Below, piece by piece: positions 58,706 to 64,000 of a stretch of DNA of 64,000 bases. The first letter of the stretch is position 1. The number at the start of each line of letters is the position of its first letter. The notes below the pieces were generated by a model, which did not search any database, had not been told where the DNA came from, and was given only the letters and a program-made list of their open reading frames with translations. A program made the translations under genes and the position numbers. The DNA comes from Coxiellaceae bacterium (GTDB lineage: Bacteria; Pseudomonadota; Gammaproteobacteria; JAJRRL01): contig JBDOIU010000005.1 of the NCBI GenBank assembly GCA_047404195.1, forward strand, positions 1,795 to 65,794. The letters are read 5' to 3'.

Positions 58706-61469
58706 TGTTTTGTTTATGCCTCTCCAGGCGAGCCAGATTTTCTTGTGCTGCTCTCAGCTTTGCTCGCTCAGCTTCAACAATGTCTTTGGGCGCATTATTG
58801 CAGTAGCGAGGGTTGCTGAGTTTGCTTTCAATCTTCTGCATGTCCTTCATTGCTTTATCATACTGCTTGGTTGTCCGCGCCAGCTCTTTGTCTCGATCAA
58901 TCAAGCCTGAAAGTGGTATTGTGATAATGGTGTCATCAGCCTGCGTGCTAGCAAAGCCTAGACCGAGGTCAGCTTCTTCTAGCCACTCGACTTGTTTTGC
59001 GCCTGCTAGATGCATCAGTGTGTGCGCGAGCGGTATCAGAGCAGCACGCGTGCCGGTGTTGCGTGTGAATAGGCGCACCGGGATTTTAATGGCAGGGGAT
59101 ATGCCGACTTCGCTGCGTAGAGTGCGTATGGCTGTTGCAACATGCTTCAAAGTCTCGATTGCAGCGACAGCGTCAGGAAAGTGATGTTTTTTGTCTGTGC
59201 TTGGGTATGTTGCTTCAATGATTGTCTCAGTTTGCTGGGTGGGGGTGAAGGCAGGTTGAATGGCTTGCCAAAGCGCATCGGTGATGAATGGTGTCAGCGG
59301 GTGGTGCAAAATCAGGATTTGACTCAAAATATGCAGTAACGTTGCGCGTGATGCAATCTTACTTTCTTCACTGACGTGTGGATTAAGTAATCGAGCTTTT
59401 GTGATTTCTAGATACCAGTCACAATAATCATGCCAGACAAACTCATACAGTAATTGTGCCAGGTTATCAAAGCGATGCTGGGTCAATGCGTTGTGCGTCT
59501 CATCAATGACGGTGTTGAGTCGATGTAGCATCCACTTGTCAGCACTGCCAATTTGTGTGAGATCAGGCTGGTCATATGCCTCTTCTCCGACTTGCATGAG
59601 CACGAAACGCGTTGCATTCCATAATTTATTGCAATAGTTTCGGTAGCCTTCAATTCGGCCCAAGTCAAATTTGATGTCACGACCCGTTGATGCAAGAGCG
59701 CAATACGTAAAGCGCAAGGCATCGCAACCAAATGCAGGCATGCCGTCTGGAAAGTTTTTGATGGTTTCTTTACGTATTTTTTCAGACTGTTTTGGATTAA
59801 TCAGCGCTCGAATTCGCTTTTCGATGAGGTCTGGTTGTGAGATACCATCGATTAGATCAATTGGATCAATGACATTACCTTTTGTCTTAGACATTTTGTC
59901 GCCATTATTGTCGCGAATTAGGCCTGTTATCACCAGATTTTTAAAGGGTATCTTACCTGTGAAGTACAGGCTCATCATGACCATGCGTGCGACCCAGAAG
60001 AAAATAATGTCAAAGCCGGTTACCAATGTTTGCGTTGGAAAATATTGCTCAAACAGATCTGTCTTTTCTGGCCAGCCCAGTGTTGCGAAAGGCCATAGAC
60101 TTGATGAGAACCATGTGTCCAACACATCTTCATCTTGTCTCAGTGCTGTTTCACTGGGGATTTGGTAGCGTTGGCGCACATCGGCTTCACCGTGGCCAGC
60201 GTACGCATTGTTTCGGTTGTCATACCAAACGGGTATGCGGTGTCCCCACCACAGTTGTCGACTGATACACCAATCCTGAATGCCTTCCAGCCACAGGTTA
60301 TATGTTTTCTGCCAGTTGCTTGGGAAAAAATTAAGTTGACCTTTATTGGCTGCTGCTAATGCTGGCTCGGCCAGTGCCGCCATCTTCACATACCATTGTT
60401 CAGTGAGTCGTGGTTCTAGTACCGCACCACTGCGCTCACCAATGGGTACAGCGAGCTTGTGTGGTGTGACAGACTCCAGTAAGCCAGCGGCTTCAAGGTC
60501 AGCTACGACTGCTTTACGCGCAGCTTCTCTAGTCAACCCGTGATAGGCCTTCGGTATTTTCATATGCCGCTTGATGCAGGCTTCTTCAGTCATGATATTG
60601 AAGCTATCCAGTCCGTGCCGTTTACCCACCTCGTAATCGTTAAAGTCATGCGCGGGTGTGATCTTGAGACAGCCAGTACCAAATTCTTGGTCAACGCTGT
60701 CATCTGAAATAATGGGTATGTCACGGTCACAAAGTGGTAGTCGGCAAGTTTTTCCTATTAGGTTTTGATATCGCTCATCCTCTGGGTGCACTGCGAGCGC
60801 CATGTCACCCAGCAATGTCTCTGGGCGCGTTGTAGCAATACTGATAAAAGTATTTTCATCATCAGTCAGGGGATACTGAATTTGCCACAGGTTGCCTTGT
60901 CGTTCTTCATTGTTGACTTCGAGATCGGATAGCGCTGTTTTTAGAGTGGGATCCCAGTTAACCAGCCGCTTGCCGCGGTATATCAATTTGTCTTCGAATA
61001 GTCGGATAAATGCTTCACGTGTGCTGTGTGACAGTTGCTCATCCATGGTGAATCGCTCGTGTGACCAGTCTACATGCAAACCAAAGCGACGCATCTGTTG
61101 CGTGATGGTGCCACCTGAGCGCGCTTTCCAATCCCAGACGCGGTCTAAGAATGCCTCGCGACCGAGTGAATGGCGTGATAAATTGTCTTTTTGGCACTGT
61201 CTCTCAACGACCATCTGTGTCGCGATACCGGCATGGTCTGTACCCACTTGCCAGTGTACATTATTACCACAAAGCTGCCGGTAGCGGATTAGCACATCCA
61301 TGAGGGTTTGTTGGAACCCATGTCCCATATGTAGGTTGCCGGTCACATTTGGTGGCGGTAACATGATACAATATGATTCCCCAGCATGTTTTTGCTGTGA
61401 GAGACCCTTTTTGCTCCATTGCTGGCGACAAAGTTTTTCAATTTCTGCTGGGTTATAATGATTTTCCAT
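58689..61469 (-). CDS. valS: Valine--tRNA ligase
   Basis: HIGH-type motif PPPNVTGNLHMGHG, the KMSKS motif (KMSKTKGN) and a C-terminal coiled coil. The start is chosen at MENHYNPAE. Confidence 0.9.
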   Translation of the reverse strand: MENHYNPAEIEKLCRQQWSKKGLSQQKHAGESYCIMLPPPNVTGNLHMGHGFQQTLMDVLIRYRQLCGNNVHWQVGTDHAGIATQMVVERQCQKDNLSRHSLGREAFLDRVWDWKARSGGTITQQMRRFGLHVDWSHERFTMDEQLSHSTREAFIRLFEDKLIYRGKRLVNWDPTLKTALSDLEVNNEERQGNLWQIQYPLTDDENTFISIATTRPETLLGDMALAVHPEDERYQNLIGKTCRLPLCDRDIPIISDDSVDQEFGTGCLKITPAHDFNDYEVGKRHGLDSFNIMTEEACIKRHMKIPKAYHGLTREAARKAVVADLEAAGLLESVTPHKLAVPIGERSGAVLEPRLTEQWYVKMAALAEPALAAANKGQLNFFPSNWQKTYNLWLEGIQDWCISRQLWWGHRIPVWYDNRNNAYAGHGEADVRQRYQIPSETALRQDEDVLDTWFSSSLWPFATLGWPEKTDLFEQYFPTQTLVTGFDIIFFWVARMVMMSLYFTGKIPFKNLVITGLIRDNNGDKMSKTKGNVIDPIDLIDGISQPDLIEKRIRALINPKQSEKIRKETIKNFPDGMPAFGCDALRFTYCALASTGRDIKFDLGRIEGYRNYCNKLWNATRFVLMQVGEEAYDQPDLTQIGSADKWMLHRLNTVIDETHNALTQHRFDNLAQLLYEFVWHDYCDWYLEITKARLLNPHVSEESKIASRATLLHILSQILILHHPLTPFITDALWQAIQPAFTPTQQTETIIEATYPSTDKKHHFPDAVAAIETLKHVATAIRTLRSEVGISPAIKIPVRLFTRNTGTRAALIPLAHTLMHLAGAKQVEWLEEADLGLGFASTQADDTIITIPLSGLIDRDKELARTTKQYDKAMKDMQKIESKLSNPRYCNNAPKDIVEAERAKLRAAQENLARLERHKQNIEAMA

Positions 61470-61542
61470 GGTAGTGTTTCTTTTTTTGGTGTTAAATGCC
61501 ACGACATTTGGCCTAAATTAGACCAAAAACCACTTTAGCGCA

Positions 61543-62664
61543 TTGTCGCATATATCGGAGGCATTGTCAGTGATCATCGCGAGATATTTGCGAAGAGAAA
61601 TTTTACGCACTTTGTTGGCGACACTGGGTGGGTTACTTTTGGTGCTTATCATCAATCAGTCTGTTCATTTCATGAACCAGGCTGCGGCTGGTCAGCTGAG
61701 TTTAGTGACAGTTGTGTGGGTGATTTTGCTTGAGGTACCGACCTTGCTGACCTATATCTGTCCGCTGGCGTTGATGATCAGTATTTTAGTTGCATTAGGG
61801 CGCCTGGCTTCCGATCATGAGTTGGTTGCTTTGCGTGCATGTGGCTACACCACAGCCACCTTGTACCGCACGGTTTTGGCGCAAGCCATATGTATGTCAT
61901 TATTGGTTTTGTGGTTGTCAGGCTTTGTTTCACCTGTGAGTCATAGCTGGCAAAAAAGTCTGCTGCTACATTCTGTGTCTGAGCTCGATGTTAATAAGAT
62001 GATGCCTGGGCGCTTTATTAATTTAGGTCACTCAGATCGTGTGCTGTATACTGATATCAAGCGAGCCGATCCCAGCAGTCGACAGGTTTTTTTCGCACAA
62101 AAACACCATGATGGCAACCAGGCTTGGTCCATATTATCTGCCAATCGATTACATCAGCAATCACTGCCTAGTGGCGCAAAGATATTTGAGTTCTCACGCG
62201 GTGTGCAGTATGAGCTCTCACTGCAGCAGCCTAGTTGGGAAGTGTTGCGTTTCAGCACTTATCGTCTGCAGCCAACGCCAATAGCCAATACACCAAGCCA
62301 ATCTCTTTCGACATGGTCCTTGATGCGCTTGTATGCAAATCGGCATCACCCAACACAGGTGACTCGGGTAGCATGGCAATGGCGTTTTGCATTACCGCTT
62401 GCGGTTTTTGTGCTGGCATTGTTAGCAATACCGCTGAGTGAAATCAATCCGCGCCAAGGCAAGTTAATGCGCCTGCTGCCGGCTGCATTTATTTACATAG
62501 CTTATGTTAATTGCTTGTTTGTGAGTAAGCAGTGGCTACTGGCTGCACGTTATCCTTTGTTTATTGGCTTGTGGTGGTTGCCACTGTTTGTTGCGGCTGT
62601 TTGGGGTGTATGGCAGTTGAGTCTGCATATGACGCGGTTTAAACGACGCAGGAGGTCGACATGA
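61543..62664 (+). CDS. lptF: LPS export ABC transporter permease LptF
   Basis: YjgP/YjgQ-family six-TM permease. It is divergent from valS and followed by lptG with a 4-nt overlap. Confidence 0.8.
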   Translation: MSHISEALSVIIARYLRREILRTLLATLGGLLLVLIINQSVHFMNQAAAGQLSLVTVVWVILLEVPTLLTYICPLALMISILVALGRLASDHELVALRACGYTTATLYRTVLAQAICMSLLVLWLSGFVSPVSHSWQKSLLLHSVSELDVNKMMPGRFINLGHSDRVLYTDIKRADPSSRQVFFAQKHHDGNQAWSILSANRLHQQSLPSGAKIFEFSRGVQYELSLQQPSWEVLRFSTYRLQPTPIANTPSQSLSTWSLMRLYANRHHPTQVTRVAWQWRFALPLAVFVLALLAIPLSEINPRQGKLMRLLPAAFIYIAYVNCLFVSKQWLLAARYPLFIGLWWLPLFVAAVWGVWQLSLHMTRFKRRRRST

Positions 62665-63725
62665 TCTTGCGTCAATATTTTCTGAAAGTATTAGCTCGCT
62701 GTTTTATAAGTATCTTCGTGATTGCCTTTGGTTTGCAGTTTATCTTTTCTGTGGTGGCAGAATTATCTGCTGTTGGTCATGGTCACTATCACATATGGCA
62801 AGCGTTACTCGTTGTTTTATGTGAGACGCCTGTGCGTGTGTATGCATTGCTGCCTGTTATTCTATTCTTGGCGTGTATCATTACCCTGGGGCAGCTCAGT
62901 GCCAGCCAAGAGATGTTAGTGTGTCGTTTGGGTGGATTAACTGCTTGGGGGGTTGCCCGTTTTGTTTTATACGCTGCCGCAATGATAACCCTGTTGTTTA
63001 CTGTCATGGGTGAGTTATTTGCGCCAGCATTGCATGCCTATGGTAGTGAATACCGTCAGCAGTTGGTGCAGGGATCTCGTGGCGGTGCAAAAACAGGTGG
63101 TCATTGGTTCCGTAACCAGCGCTATTTTGTGTTTGTACAAGCTGAAGAGACGCCAACCTTGCTTAAAGGGATATCGTGGTTTTATTGGCATGACAAGACC
63201 AATACGTTGGAGCTTGCCGGACAGGCAGCTTCTGCTATGAAGGATGGCGATGCATGGCAATGTGAGGATGTGACCTTGTTTCATCACAAGCAGAATGGTA
63301 TTCAGACTGAACGTGCGATCACATGGCGTTTACCCATCCAGCTCGACTTGCTCTCATGGTCACGTGATAAGGATTCCGTACAGCAACTGAATCTGGTATC
63401 GCTTTGGCATTACTGGCATCAACGAGCAAAGATGGGGGGCAACGTCTGGCGATTGGCCAGTGCCTTTTGGATGCGGATTTTTCAGCCATTGATGTGTTTG
63501 GTATTAGCCTTACTGACAGTACCATTTTCAATACGCTTCGTGCGTCGATTATCGAGTGCGACACGTTTGGTTATTGGGGTGGCGGTCGGTTTCTTATTTT
63601 ATATGATTGATCAGTTTCTATCGGCATTTTCAATTGTGCTGATGTGGTCTCCGTTTTGGGTGGCGGTGCTGCCTATTGCTTGTTTTGCTGCCTTTGCTGC
63701 TGTTAAGATACAGCAAGAAGAATAA
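62661..63725 (+). CDS. lptG: LPS export ABC transporter permease LptG
   Basis: YjgP/YjgQ-family permease, paralogous to the upstream gene. Confidence 0.8.
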   Translation: MILRQYFLKVLARCFISIFVIAFGLQFIFSVVAELSAVGHGHYHIWQALLVVLCETPVRVYALLPVILFLACIITLGQLSASQEMLVCRLGGLTAWGVARFVLYAAAMITLLFTVMGELFAPALHAYGSEYRQQLVQGSRGGAKTGGHWFRNQRYFVFVQAEETPTLLKGISWFYWHDKTNTLELAGQAASAMKDGDAWQCEDVTLFHHKQNGIQTERAITWRLPIQLDLLSWSRDKDSVQQLNLVSLWHYWHQRAKMGGNVWRLASAFWMRIFQPLMCLVLALLTVPFSIRFVRRLSSATRLVIGVAVGFLFYMIDQFLSAFSIVLMWSPFWVAVLPIACFAAFAAVKIQQEE

Positions 63726-63744
63726 CCATCAATAATAAGGTGAT

Positions 63745-64000
63745 ATGATGACATTTGATTCTATGCCGCGAAGAACATTCGCTATTATCAGCCACCCTGA
63801 TGCGGGTAAAACCACACTCACTGAAAAGCTATTGCTGTTTGGTGGTGCAATCACTTTGGCTGGTAGTGTGAAGGGCAGAAAGGCATCTCGCCATGCAACC
63901 AGTGACTGGATGGCCCTGGAACAAAAGCGTGGCATCTCTGTAACGACTTCTGTGATGCAATTTCCATACAAGGACAATATTGTTAATTTGCTAGATACGC
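63745..64000 (+). CDS. prfC: Peptide chain release factor 3, N-terminal part; continues beyond the window
   Basis: [28 protein letters not shown]...[14 protein letters not shown] is close to E. coli RF3. Confidence 0.9.
   Translation, partial: MMTFDSMPRRTFAIISHPDAGKTTLTEKLLLFGGAITLAGSVKGRKASRHATSDWMALEQKRGISVTTSVMQFPYKDNIVNLLDT

Noticed and set aside
63729-63977. 82-aa minus-strand ORF at the window end
   Set aside because: It is antisense to the very well conserved prfC N-terminus.

Overview
The window reads as a chromosomal segment of a gammaproteobacterium of the Legionellales type (Coxiella/Legionella-like), with roughly 40-45% GC by spot counts. I cannot assign a species from sequence alone.

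Conserved housekeeping genes form the backbone. From start to end these are a guaA 3' end, rnhB, a DEAD-box helicase, comEC, msbA-lpxK, yggX, tRNA-Phe, an acetoacetyl-CoA synthetase, hinT, amiC-tsaE, dapA plus a BamC-like lipoprotein, hslO, valS, lptF-lptG and a prfC 5' end.

Accessory and unusual content sits between them:
- a secreted-type histidine acid phosphatase;
- three tandem PAS-LuxR regulator paralogs, each broken in the PAS-HTH linker (in-frame TAG, frameshift, truncation);
- several orphan ORFs that look like effectors (a GxSxG hydrolase with a C-terminal TM hairpin, a membrane protein with a HAD-like phosphatase domain, and a 2035-aa giant protein with C-terminal TM anchors);
- a Com1/DsbA-like oxidoreductase and a PAS hybrid histidine kinase;
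- a 1145-aa fused GltD/NfnB-like plus PyrK/NfnA-like flavoprotein in an operon with a GlpE-like rhodanese and a DUF2797 protein;
- a three-gene photolyase/cryptochrome operon (FeS-BCP, class I CPD photolyase, Cry-DASH) followed by an SDR, an FAD oxidoreductase and a small membrane protein;
- a tyrosine integrase and a spmA/spmB-like pair beside a four-gene efflux operon (TolC-like, HlyD-family adaptor, ABC ATPase, FtsX-type permease) that abuts tRNA-Phe;
- a secreted GDSL lipase and a signal-peptide PLD/HKD nuclease;
- rmuC disrupted by a 198-bp segment that is identical to an internal segment of the giant gene 8.7 kb away.

I saw no CRISPR array, rRNA gene or recognisable IS transposase. Several genes look decayed (the LuxR array, rmuC, a SulP permease without a STAS domain), which fits a host-restricted lineage.
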